This document shows, in pieces, positions 46,501 through 58,200 of a DNA stretch of 64,000 bases (position 1 is its first letter; the number at the start of each line of letters is the position of its first letter). The notes beneath the pieces are model-generated. The model searched no databases and had not been told where the DNA came from. It saw only the letters and a list, made by a program, of their open reading frames with translations. Location of the stretch: contig JAUCBJ010001142.1 in the NCBI GenBank assembly GCA_032718475.1, forward strand, positions 1-64,000, read 5' to 3'. A program made the translations under genes and the position numbers. The stretch comes from Nemertoderma westbladi (lineage: Eukaryota; Animalia; Xenacoelomorpha).

Positions 46501-48026
46501 GCCCGAGTCAGGTAAGTGAGTCCGAACTACATGTCCAATTCAGTGATGTGAACGACACTGATCAATCTGAGATGGAAGGATTCTATACGGACGAGTTCTC
46601 CGACCAAAACGAATCCTGTTACCTAATAAACACCACCGCAGTGTATCGAGCACTCGTACATGAGAAAGACACAGACAGCGACCTTACCTTAACTACTTCC
46701 GATCAACAACCATCTTGGAAAGCGCCAACTTCCAATATAGGAATCCGAGAATTTCCTGTAGTCCAGTTACGGGTCCACGGACCTCAGAAGAGCTATATAG
46801 TGAACGCCCTCCTGGACTCCGGTAGCACAGGAACATTCATCGATAAAGAACTAGCCGAAGTCATCTTTGCTGGACAATCCAAGTTCCGAACCAAGCTAAA
46901 CATGTCAGGGATCATGCAGGTTTGGAATTCTACTGTAGCTGCCGACTATTATATAGGTGAGTTGTCCACTCCACAGGATAAACTAGGAGAATACAGTATA
47001 AGGTCAGTCAAAATGGTGGCAATAAAGAACTTCGCTACCACCCAAGTGGAACCTTATAATTGGGACGAAGATGATCATGTCCAACAACTTAACATCCCTA
47101 GATTCGACACCGATTATCCTGGAGTACAAATATTAATCGGTCAAAACGCGCATGAGGCGCTTGAGACATTGGAGAAACGACCTACTCAACCGCAACCACT
47201 TCAGACCTATGCGGTAAGAACTAGAGTAGGTTGGTACCTTACTGGACCTTCCCGTAGAACGCTCAGGGAAAGACTGCTTCAAGATCGCGTCTGCCAGGTG
47301 AGTGAATGGGAAGACGATACTAGTGAGGGAGACGACCCAACTGAGGGAACACCACACTCCTCAGATAAGGACAATCTTAACTCCAATGTAGATCAATGGA
47401 GATATTGCCCCAAGACGATGAATATAGCCGACATCGCTTCCAGAGGAGCAACTCCTCAAGAACTGACAGATACTACAGACCGGTTAGGTGAACCCGACTT
47501 CCTGAGTAAGGAGGATGAATGGCCTCCCCATCTTACTCCGACTGAGATTAGACCAGCCAAGGGAGCGGAGAAAGTTAAACCTAAAACCCGGACGGGTGGA
47601 GCGGAGTTATTTGAACCCGGGATAGATCTGTCGGTATTACATATTGCCAGGGACGACGCCGTGGATCTGGACCTCCCCACTGCGAGTGGATCCTTCATGA
47701 AGATCAGAGAGAGCGATTGGAGCTCTGGAACATCAGACGTCTCGCAGGAACTCTCACCTCTCCTGCAGAGAGCGACGGACCACTATAGCTCCTGGAATCG
47801 GCTTTGTGACGCCGTCATATACTTTGAGCGATGTTTCTATCGTCACTATTCCAGGACGAAGAGGAAACCTGGAATTGTATTCAGGATGCAGCGACTCAAT
47901 CACCCAGTCGGTCGTTTGTGTTTATCGGAAGGGAATGGAGGACTCTCCGGAAACTGTGGAAGGCAAGATTCTCTTCCCACGACCACCTCCCTAATCCTTC
48001 AAACATCTAGGGACTCCATAACGTAG
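43536..48026 (+). CDS. BEL/Pao Gag-protease polyprotein (1496 aa) fused in frame to the RNase H C-terminal remnant; RT and integrase absent
   Basis: AEAERK coiled repeats; DUF1759-like KFNGDEMKW..LSNGEKLRYL; triple knuckle CVLC..H..C / CYNC..H..C / CAKC..HH.LLH; protease ALLDSGSTGTFI; ILIG..AVRTRVGW; then directly QWRYCPKTMNIADIASRG..PDFL..EWP and YSSWNRL. No YVDD or DDE motifs. Confidence 0.92.
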   Translation: MSDTTQSLSDSLLDSVRMTVRQCLKKISDPDPSIEHPRSKSKSPPTVRKIIPQVVVSDPRLVQHRRSIIGTRAQVKRDQEAAEPQQPASQEPSSQRPERSSSSDTVERTPERGAKMADTVYDERPTYEESTDATSSQEESEGTAEGPRKRDAIDIYLSDYQRFVGDEELRRRLEGLSPNSEGTKLVLDAIDAEMLAANQAKFDEQLRIAREKEEQVRKKRIEDRKTAAAAVAAAEAERKAAEAAAEKTVAAAEAERKVAAAEAERKAAAAEAERKIAVAEAERRASEETTQLELENLQERQENFNKQLTASNMQMMNRSTPKRQGYTSSEEGDTTDAEGGGNRSRLSRRKRTFHRQKLPDLPPAVRRQLNNTNLESTEPTDQIITIERLPTIVDEPEISRPVLEITPSVIDTPVLPEATYKFPLHSTKLPVPRRTAQETVQVLDPERNIPNLSPVVPRLPATTLADPVSAVDWVDERRRGMDILLGEMKENRIRSSQQVRELEGTVQHLKGTVRESKLELQEVQQSIAVERDKLVNLKKGIPPPSVTMCQPVRSEVSHAQGVEPTRIYTASEVETPIVNPIKGNYRPVDNDIPYRPDHNPRNLYTDNSILNNTMAQESFTRQMARTEARQAVKVGEIVKFNGDEMKWLPFNEYYKDNIQNSVLSNGEKLRYLIECLEGSPKLMALKFIGHPDGLRQVWDTLNIRYGNRNNIAGYLYAKLVAPRKFISSGIIEFSDEIQEICRQLDWLGKSHEYQNYMVVGALASTLPKGGVGTRWDKKVLYMMEQQQRDPTMADLMSFLDGEVKLQLLRQSREKTLENRVSEKPVSRRRVTPVCYTDDGESQTSQGEDSGKDTDRSYYVNKLPKDQVSKSESRPNDRREPVQKTLSTSPKRIQVRKPEERTSVHHIAQVKVSNIKPKCVLCDGPHRLNACDKFLRKSLKDRREVMWDKRLCYNCLRRGHQRRTCNSDARCAKCGAKHHILLHTEFERNSPSQVSESELHVQFSDVNDTDQSEMEGFYTDEFSDQNESCYLINTTAVYRALVHEKDTDSDLTLTTSDQQPSWKAPTSNIGIREFPVVQLRVHGPQKSYIVNALLDSGSTGTFIDKELAEVIFAGQSKFRTKLNMSGIMQVWNSTVAADYYIGELSTPQDKLGEYSIRSVKMVAIKNFATTQVEPYNWDEDDHVQQLNIPRFDTDYPGVQILIGQNAHEALETLEKRPTQPQPLQTYAVRTRVGWYLTGPSRRTLRERLLQDRVCQVSEWEDDTSEGDDPTEGTPHSSDKDNLNSNVDQWRYCPKTMNIADIASRGATPQELTDTTDRLGEPDFLSKEDEWPPHLTPTEIRPAKGAEKVKPKTRTGGAELFEPGIDLSVLHIARDDAVDLDLPTASGSFMKIRESDWSSGTSDVSQELSPLLQRATDHYSSWNRLCDAVIYFERCFYRHYSRTKRKPGIVFRMQRLNHPVGRLCLSEGNGGLSGNCGRQDSLPTTTSLILQTSRDSIT

Positions 48027-48574
48027 CAACATATGGAGTGGGTGTGTGACTCTATTATTTTATATTATTTTATTATTTTTATATTTCTGTATGTATTACT
48101 ATGTAATTTTATTATAATCGTTTTCTTTAATTTTATTCAGTAGAATGTTATTTTAGCGATTATTTAGTAGATTAGTGCAATATATATTCGCGTTTATTAC
48201 TTAATTACGTATATATTATATTTAATGCGACGGCAAGAAATAATTATTTTCTCTTTCCTTACTGTCCGTATCATATTATAAATACGTGACTACAGTAAGA
48301 TGAAATGTCCATACTTATTAAAGTACAATAAAGCCACTACTATATTTAAGTATTATTGGTAGGCAGAGTATTAGGAATGCAAAGTTCAGATCCTCGTGTC
48401 TCGGCTAAACCAAGCTCTGGGTAGACCTTGGAAACGACTTGCCTCTTCACACTGACATTGCTTCGTGCGATATTGCTCTCATACCGTATATTAAATAATA
48501 CATATAGTAGCGTGATGTCCCTTTAACAGTAGCGTATAACGCAAAATAAATCTGTTAAACCCTTTGACCATCTG

Positions 48575-48870
48575 TAATTCTAGTCGATTAAGATATCGCG
48601 GCACCCACCGATATACTTGAAAGACAAATTCTAGAATCAGTGGTTAACGTCCCCAGACAAGTTCTGGAATAAATCGGTGCCCATCTCAAATATTAATTAT
48701 TTAATATTTGCAAATCTAATAAATCAAAATTTGTAAAATTCAGATCCTTCAACAATTCTAGTCAATTAAGATATCGTAGCATTTACCGATATTCTTAAAA
48801 AAGACAATTGTCATAGAATTAAGGATCTTGTGTCCCTAGACATGTTCTAGAATCAAAATATGTCCATTTA
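48575..48870. repeat. Diverged ~178-bp duplication in the element's 3' region
   Basis: TTCTAGTC(G/A)ATTAAGATATCG...ACCGATAT...AAAGACAA at ~48578 and ~48756. Confidence 0.7.
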
Positions 48871-51040
48871 ATTATCAAATAATAAAATTTCAGGGAATAA
48901 ATTTAAATTCATGCCTTTTAATGAATTTAATAAATTGCCATTGTTACGCAATTTATAAAGTTCCCAAAATTCCATTAATTAATAGGTCAAGGGAGCGGAG
49001 ATTTATCTTATCATGCGTATGAGTGTGTGAAAGTCTCCCAAACATAGTCAATAGCCGATAAAATTCATAAAGTCATGTATAAAACAGAACATTGACTATT
49101 AAAGAATACTATTAAATAACATCCCAGATCTGTATGTATTGGAACTACCCTAATTCTACCGCTAGCTTTGCATAATGTCACCATAGCAACAATCACGCTA
49201 GAATTAGAATTGAGTTAAAAGAACAATAGAAAGCTTGTCCCATTGAATAGCATAGGGAATAAATAGCGCACTACTAGTATCCAAGGATACATAATAATAC
49301 AGTGACATTCTGGAAGGCATTGACTAACGGACAAATGGCCCGAATGTGCGTAGTTGTGACCAGTTGTGTGGTATTTGTGAGTTTATAGGTGAATGTTACT
49401 GCTAAAGTGTGTTTACAGTAGCTAGTCGCAATCGTAAAAGTAACCTAACTCTCCAAGGAAAACCTGAAGTACATCTAAGCCTTTGGGACGGACAGTTGAG
49501 TGACTTGTGCCGGTTGTCGTTGTCATTGTGCGGCTACGTCGTTGGCGAAAGTACAGCGGCGACGACACATCGGCGCTGAGGATCTCGTACTGTCCGGGGG
49601 TTGATTGGGGTAGGCAGCGACGCCCGCTCGCCTAAATATAAACTCATTATAATATGGATAAACTCATATATAGCAGATATGACGGAGTTGATAGAAGATG
49701 GTCTTGGTATCGGGGAGCGATATACTCTACTTTTACAAGCGTTTGTTGATAGCTTAATACGCGGCGACGTTCGTCCAACTGCTGCGGAGGACGATGGTCG
49801 TTATATCGAACCGCCAATGTCCCAAGAGCAGCTCGCGCGAGTTGGACTATAGAAAATTCGCTGCTCGATATACGCGGCGTAATGGTACGTATATGGGCTT
49901 CTTAACTACTGGTCATCCTATCGATTTACACAATACAGACTATGTCGACTATATATCCTGCCCAGCGGAGTCGGAACCATAAACTGAAATTCGAATGCGA
50001 AAATTCTATTCGAAATCGACTCGAAAGAAAAGACACTAAAGAAACAAATGGACGCGGTAACTCCAACGTATATTTGGAATTCTTGATAGAAGCATTGTAA
50101 CAACAGATAAATATCACCCGCGTTTACCCTACCAGACGTGCGTCTTTGGTATTATTACGATAAATGCCCTAGACCCAACTAATAAACGGAAAGACATAAA
50201 CATCCACGTAAACCAAAACTTGTTGACGTATCACCTATGCTCACTCGGCTCGAACGATCCTGGAGTAAACCTACGATCAGAGGCCCGGAATACTCGGTAA
50301 AACCTCCTCATTCCTTAGTTGGACCTCAGACCTGCGATCCTGGTGGTGTCGCGGATCCTCGCGGACTGTATTCACTGTTCAAAGATCTAGTGCTACCCTA
50401 ACAATTAATCGGTAACACTCCGACAGTGATTTCTAGCTAGCCGCCCATCTTACCTAGCCGGATTGTGACGTGGACACCTAATATCACTATCCAACCGTAT
50501 GGTCGTCCCCGTTTAACGCGATACAACCCCTCATCAAGGTGAAGGAGAGCGTTGTACGAAACGAGTTAAACGCTATTCTATAAAGATCAAAAAAGAAACC
50601 TGCGTTTGTTCAGATAAACGTAAGTTATAACAGTAAGTCCAATCGATAAACGAATTGGCCTTATCTCAATTCGATTGGGAAATCCAGAATCTCTAAGAAG
50701 TTATCGAACTTGGACGATCCTATTCTCTGCGAGAGTTTTTGGATGAACGTATCCAGCTACGAGCGGAGGAAAATCAGCTCGAGGAGAAACATATCGAAAC
50801 GGCAGATACCTCGACCACAATCCTACACCTTCTGATGCAATCATATTGCACCCTTCACCCACGAGTTATGGCCCTCCTAGTAAAGTGGCTCCCCCCAAAG
50901 AGAAAAAGACTCTTGCTAGCCTCAAAAAACTGCGTAAACGCCGTCTGCGTAAGAAAGACTAACTGTTTAGAGTATCTTTATGTTTTAGAAACTGTGATTT
51001 TTATATTTTATAGACTGAAAATCCCATTTTCTGGGAGCGG

Positions 51041-52283
51041 TGTAAAAGCTTTTGCTGAATTGTCCGGTTATTTTTCCTTATTTTTCCCGTAAAATACTCT
51101 GTAGTTGGTTTACCAGGCATAAAAAGGCCGTGTCCTTGCTGTACTGGTGTTTTAGCGGACATAAAAGCTATTTCTTCTGTATTTGTACTTTAGAGGACAT
51201 AATCCGTAATTCCGTGACGTAAAGGCTCGATACTCTTGAAAACAGTGTCGCTACCATGACGACGGCTAGCAGCTGATATTGCCACGTCGACGTTTCTTTG
51301 TTTCTTTGTTCTCTCGTTGTTCAGGTTGACCAATCAGAGCGTTTGTTGTCTCTGTGTTGGAGGTGTATACAGAAACTCAGTAGTTCAGTGTTATGTTTTG
51401 CCCAGAGCCTAAGAACCGGCTTTTGGCACCTCCGTGTTTTCAGTTTTTAGTCCTACACTAGTAGGCTTAATTATAAGGACATATATCCGTTATCTGTATA
51501 CTGCAAACGTAACTGATGTCTGATGTCTGATGTTTGATGTCTGCATACTGCATACTGCATACTGCAGTACTGCATACACTGCATACTGTGTAACACTGTG
51601 CATACTTTATATTGTTATACTGCTATTTACTGTCGGTTCTTCATAATACGGTTGATGAATTATTATATTTGGAATAACGACAAATAACCCCGAAAACCCA
51701 ATATTCTTGATATACCGAAGGTAAGAGAGAAGGGTTACAGATAAATGATTGCGACCTATGTTGAGTGGTTTGAAGTGAATCTAATGTTATTTGATAGACC
51801 CTACATGATTCGGTCCGTGTTCCTTTTATATATAACTAAAATCAGTGAAGATCGGCAGATCAGTGAGCAGTATTGTGCAGCATTGTGTATGAGTGAGACT
51901 GATAACGAAGCATTTCCTAAAGAATGCGCCATATATGTGAATTATAACTAAGCCATATCGTTGTGAGTAGTTTAAGTCATAACTCTGTTTATATAGATAG
52001 AGCGCCACGTCCTAAAGGAACTGTTAATATTTCCCGAAGGTGAATAATATTGTCAGAGATTATATAATACTGTCAGTCGAATAATACATTAGGCTTACAT
52101 AGCAATAAGATTAAGCCGTCGAACCCAATCTCCCGGGTATATCCAGCGGGTGAATGATCGCGCACAGATTGGTTTCGACTAGTGTAGTGAATTAAATACT
52201 TGTCATAGACTAAAGGTGATTTATTATCTAGAAGACATCCTAATTTGGCGGGTTAAACTGCCAAAGGTCTGAAAGCGCGAACA
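51041..52283 (+). repeat. 3' LTR, copy A
   Basis: Near-identical to 39981-41223; preceded by GGGAGCGG and followed by AGTAG. Confidence 0.97.
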
Positions 52284-55200
52284 AGTAGGGTTAACAATTA
52301 GTCACACTAGCCTGTGAGGTGCGTAGCAGTATGGTTAGGAATTACTCACATTAGCCTGTGAGGTGCGTAGCAGTTGGGTTAGGAAATACTCACATTAGCC
52401 TGTGAGGTGCGTAGCAGTAGGGTTAGGAATTAGTCACACTAGCCTAGGAGGTGCGTAGCAGTAGGGTTAGGAATTAGTCACACTAGCCTGTGAGGTGCGT
52501 AGCAGTAGGGTTAGGAATTACTCACATTAGCCTGTGAGGTGCGTAGCAGTAGGGTTAGGAATTAGTCACACTAGCCTGGGAGGTGCGTAGCAGTAGGGTT
52601 AGGAATTAATCACACTAGCCTGTGAGGTGCGTAGCAGTAGGGTTAGGAATTAGTCTCACTAGTCTGTGAGGTGCGTAGCAGTAGGGTTAGGAATTAGTCA
52701 CACTAGCCTGTGAGGTGCGTAGCAGTTGGGTTAGGAATTAGTCACACTAGCCTGTGAGGTGCGTAGCAGTAGGGTTAGGAATTAGTCTCACTAGCCTGGG
52801 AGGTGCGTAGCAGTTGGGTTAGGAATTAGTCACACTAGCCTGTGAGGTGCGTAGCAGTAGGGTTAGGAATTAGTCACACTAGCCTGTGAGGTGCGTAGCA
52901 GTAGGGTTAGGAATTACTCACATTAGCCTGTGAGGTGCGTAGCAGTAGGGTTAGGAATTAGTCACACTAGCCTGGGAGGTGCGTAGCGGTAGGGTTAGGA
53001 ATTAGTCACACTAGCCTGGGAGGTGCGTAACAGTAGGGTTAGGAATTAGTCACACTAGCCTGGGAGGTGCGTAGCGGTAGGGTTAGAAATTAGTCACACT
53101 AGCCTGGGAGGTGGGTAGCAGTAGAGTTAGGAATTAGTCACACTAGCCTGGGAGGTGCGTAGCGGTAGGGTTAGGAATTAGTCACACTAGCCTGGGAGGT
53201 GCGTAGCAGTAGGGTTAGGAATTAGTCACACTAGCCTGTGAGGTGCGTAGCAGTAGGGTTAGGAATTAGTCACACTAGCCTGTGAGGTGCGTAGCAGTAG
53301 GGTTAGGAATTACTCACATTAGCCTGTGAGGTGCGTAGCAGTAGGGTTAGGAATTAGTCACACTAGCCTGGGAGGTGCGTAGCAGTAGGGTTAACAATTA
53401 GTCACACTAGCCTGTGAGGTGCGTAGCAGTACAGCAGTAGGGTTAGGAATTAGTCACACTAGCCTGTGAGGTGCGTAGCAGTAGGGTTAGGAATTACTCA
53501 CATTAGCCTGTGAGGTGCGTAGCAGTAGGGTTAGGAATTAGTCACACTAGCCTGGGAGGTGCGTAGCAGTAGGGTTAGCAATTAGTCACACTAGCCTGTG
53601 AGGTGCGTAGCAGTAGGGTTAGGAATTACTCACATTAGCCTGTGAGGTGCGTAGCAGTAGGGTTAGGAATTAGTCACACTAGCCAGTGAGATGCGTAGCA
53701 GTAGGGTTAGGAATTACTCACATTAGCCTGTGAGGTGCGTAGCAGTAGGGTTAGGAATTAATCACACTAGCCTGTGAGGTGCATAGAAGGTGGGTTAGGA
53801 ATTAGTCACATTAGCCTGTGAGGTGCGTAGCAGTAGGGTTAACAATTAGTCACACTAGCCTGTGAGGTGCGTAGCAGTAGGGTTAGGAATTACTCACATT
53901 AGCCTGTGAGGTGCGTAGCAGTTGGGTTAGGAATTACTCACATTAGCCTGTGAGGTGCGTAGCAGTAGGGTTAGGAATTAGTCACATTAGCCTGGGAGGT
54001 GCGTAGCAGTAGGGTTAGGAATTAATCACACTAGCCTGTGAGGTGCATAGAAGGTGGGTTAGGAATTACTCACATTAGCCTGTGAGGTGCGTAGCAGTTG
54101 GGTTAGGAATTACTCAAATTAGCCTGTGAGGTGCGTAGCAGTTGGGTTAGGAATTACTCACATTAGCCTGTGAGGTGCGTAGCAGTTGGGTTAGGAATTA
54201 CTCACATTATCCTGTGAGGTGCGTAGCAGTTGGGTTAGGAATTACTCACATTAGCCTGTGAGGTGCGTAGCAGTAGGGTTAGGAATTAGTCACACTAGCC
54301 TGGGAGGTGCGTAGCAGTAGGGTTAGGAATTAGTCTCACTAGCCTGTGAGGTGCGTAGCAGTAGGGTTAGGAATTACTCACATTAGCCTGTGAGGTGCGT
54401 AGCAGTAGGGTTAGGAATTAGTCACACTAGCCTGGGAGGTGCGTAGCAGTAGGGTTAACAATTAGTCACACTAGCCTGTGAGGTGCGTAGCAGTACAGCA
54501 GTAGGGTTAGGAATTAGTCACACTAGCCTGTGAGGTGCGTAGCAGTAGGGTTAGGAATTACTCACATTAGCCTGTGAGGTGCGTAGCAGTAGGGTTAGGA
54601 ATTAGTCACACTAGCCTGGGAGGTGCGTAGCAGTAGGGTTAGCAATTAGTCACACTAGCCTGTGAGGTGCGTAGCAGTAGGGTTAGGAATTACTCACATT
54701 AGCCTGTGAGGTGCGTAGCAGTAGGGTTAGGAATTAGTCACACTAGCCAGTGAGATGCGTAGCAGTAGGGTTAGGAATTACTCACATTAGCCTGTGAGGT
54801 GCGTAGCAGTAGGGTTAGGAATTAATCACACTAGCCTGTGAGGTGCATAGAAGGTGGGTTAGGAATTAGTCACATTAGCCTGTGAGGTGCGTAGCAGTAG
54901 GGTTAACAATTAGTCACACTAGCCTGTGAGGTGCGTAGCAGTAGGGTTAGGAATTACTCACATTAGCCTGTGAGGTGCGTAGCAGTTGGGTTAGGAATTA
55001 CTCACATTAGCCTGTGAGGTGCGTAGCAGTAGGGTTAGGAATTAGTCACATTAGCCTGGGAGGTGCGTAGCAGTAGGGTTAGGAATTAATCACACTAGCC
55101 TGTGAGGTGCATAGAAGGTGGGTTAGGAATTACTCACATTAGCCTGTGAGGTGCGTAGCAGTTGGGTTAGGAATTACTCAAATTAGCCTGTGAGGTGCGT

Positions 55201-58200
55201 AGCAGTTGGGTTAGGAATTACTCACATTAGCCTGTGAGGTGCGTAGCAGTTGGGTTAGGAATTACTCACATTATCCTGTGAGGTGCGTAGCAGTTGGGTT
55301 AGGAATTACTCACATTAGCCTGTGAGGTGCGTAGCAGTAGGGTTAGGAATTAGTCACACTAGCCTGGGAGGTGCGTAGCAGTAGGGTTAGGAATTAGTCT
55401 CACTAGCCTGGGAGGTGCGTAGCAGTAGGGTTAGGAATTAGTCTCACTAGCCTGGGAGGTGCGTAGCAGTAGGGTTAGGAATTACTCACATTAGCCTGTG
55501 AGGTGCGTAGCAGTAGGGTTAGGAATTAGTCTCACTAGCCAGTGAGATGCGTAGCAGTAGGGTTAACAATTAGTCACACTAGCCTGTGAGGTGAGTAGCA
55601 GTAGTGTTAGGAATTAGTCACATTAGCCTGGGAGGTGCGTAGCAGTAGGGTTAGGAATTAATCACACTAGCCTGTGAGGTGCGTAGCAGTAGGGTTATGA
55701 ATTAGTCACACTGGCCTGGGAGGTGCGTAGCAGTAGGGTTAGGAATTAATCACACTAGCCTGTGAGGTGCATAGAAGGTGGGTTAGGAATTAGTCTCACT
55801 AGCTTGTGAGGTGGGTAGCAGTAGGGTTAGGAATTAGTCACATTAGCCTGTGAGGTGCGTAGCAGTTGGGTTAGGAATTAGTCACACTAGCCTGTGAGGT
55901 GCGTAGCAGTAGGGTTAGGAATTAGTCACATTAGCCTGTGAGGTGCGTAGCAGTTGGGTTAGGAATTAGTCACACTAGCCTGTGAGGTGCGTAGCAGTAG
56001 GGTTAGCAATTAGTCACACTAGCCTGGGAGGTGCGTAGCAGTAGGGTTAACAATTAGTCACACTAGCCTGTGAGGTGCGTAGCAGTAGGGTTAGGAATTA
56101 CTCACATTAGCCTGTGAGGTGCGTAGCAGTTGGGTTAGGAATTACTCACATTAGCCTGTGAGGTGCGTAGCAGTAGGGTTAGTAATTAATCACACTAGCC
56201 TGTGAGGTGCGTAGCAGTAGGGTTAGGAATTACTCACATTAGCCTGTGAGGTGCGTAGCAGTTGGGTTAGGAATTAGTCACACTAGGCTAGGAGGTGCGT
56301 AGCAGTAGGGTTAGGAATTAGTCACATTAGCCTGTGAGGTGCGTAGCAGTTGGGTTAGGAATTAGTCTTAGTCACACTAGCCTGTGAGGTGCGTAGCAGT
56401 AGGGTTAGCAATTAGTCACACTAGCCTGGGAGGTGCGTAGCAGTAGGGTTAACAATTAGTCACACTAGCCTGTGAGGTGCGTAGCAGTAGGGTTAGGAAT
56501 TACTCACATTAGCCTGTGAGGTGCGTAGCAGTTGGGTTAGGAATTACTCACATTAGCCTGTGAGGTGCGTAGCAGTTGGGTTAGGAATTACTCACATTAG
56601 CCTGTGAGGTGCGTAGCAGTAGGGTTAGGAATTAGTCACACTAGCCTGTGAGGTGCGTAGCAGTAGGGTTAGGAATTACTCACATTAGCCTGTGAGGTGC
56701 GTAGCAGTTGGGTTAGGAATTACTCACATTAGCCTGTGAGGTGCGTAGCAGTTGGGTTAGGAATTACTCACATTAGCCTGTGAGGTGCGTAGCAGTTGGG
56801 TTAGGAATTACTCACATTATCCTGTGAGGTGCGTAGCAGTTGGGTTAGGAATTACTCACATTAGCCTGTGAGGTGCGTAGCAGTAGGGTTAGGAATTAGT
56901 CACACTAGCCTGGGAGGTGCGTAGCAGTAGGGTTAGGAATTAGTCTCACTAGCCTGGGAGGTGCGTAGCAGTAGGGTTAGGAATTAGTCTCACTAGCCTG
57001 GGAGGTGCGTAGCAGTAGGGTTAGGAATTAGTCACATTAGCCTGGGAGGTGCGTAGCAGTAGGGTTAGGAATTAGTCTCACTAGCCTGGGAGGTGCGTAG
57101 CAGTAGGGTTAGGAATTAGTCACATTAGCCTGGGAGGTGCGTAGCAGTAGGGTTAGGAATTAGTCACACTAGCCTGGGAGGTGCGTAGCAGTAGGGTTAG
57201 GAATTAGTCACATTAGCCTGGGAGGTGCGTAGCAGTAGGGTTAGGAATTAGTCTCACTAGCCTGGGAGGTGCGTAGCATTAGGGTTAGGAATTAGTCACA
57301 CTAGCCTAGGAGGTGCGTAGCAGTAGGGTTAGGAATTAGTCTCACTAGCCTGGGAGGTGCGTAGCAGTAGGGTTAGGAATTAGTCACATTAGCCTGGGAG
57401 GTGCGTAGCAGTAGGGTTAGGAATTAGTCTCACTAGCCTGGGAGGTGCGTAGCAGTAGGGTTAGGAATTAGTCTCACTAGCCTGGGAGGTGCGTAGCAGT
57501 AGGGTTAGGAATTAGTCACATTAGCCTGGGAGGTGCGTAGCAGTAGGGTTAGGAATTAGTCTCACTAGCCTGTGAGGTGCGTAGCAGTAGGGTTAGGAAT
57601 TAGTCACACTAGCCTGTGAGGTGCGTAGCAGTAGGGTTAGGAATTAGTCACACTAGCCTGGGAGGTGGGTAGCAGTAGGGTTAGGAATTAGTCACATTAG
57701 CCTGTGAGGTGCGTAGCAGTAGGGTTAGGAATTAATCACACTAGCCTGTGAGGTGCGTAGCAGTAGGGTTAGGAATTAGTCTCACTAGTCTGTGAGGTGC
57801 GTAGCAGTAGGGTTAGTAATTAGTCACATTAGCCTGTGAGATGCGTAGCAGTAGGGTTAGGAATTAGTCTCACTAGTCTGTGAGGTGCGTAGCAGTTGGG
57901 TTAGGAATTAGTCTCACTAGCCTGTGAGGTGCGTAGCAGTAGGGTTAGGAATTAGTCACACTAGCCTGTGAGGTGCGTAGCAGTAGGGTTAGGAATTAGT
58001 CACACTAGCCTAGGAGGTGCGTAGCAGTAGGGTTAGGAATTAGTCACACTAGCCTGTGAGGTGCGTAGCAGTAGGGTTAGGAATTAGTCGCACTAGCCTG
58101 TGAGGTGCGTAGCAGTAGGGTTAGGAATTAGTCACACTAGCCTGGGAGGTGCGTAGCAGTAGGGTTAGGAATTAGTCACATTAGCCTGTGAGGTGCGTAG

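Larger units (their letters stand above)
39981..52283 (+). mobile_element. Intact-ended non-autonomous BEL/Pao LTR retrotransposon (copy A, 12.3 kb) inserted in the satellite
   Basis: Two 1243-bp TG...CA LTRs; 5-bp TSD AGTAG (39976-39980, 52284-52288); short PPT GGGAGCGG before the 3' LTR; BEL-type Gag and protease. Confidence 0.96.
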
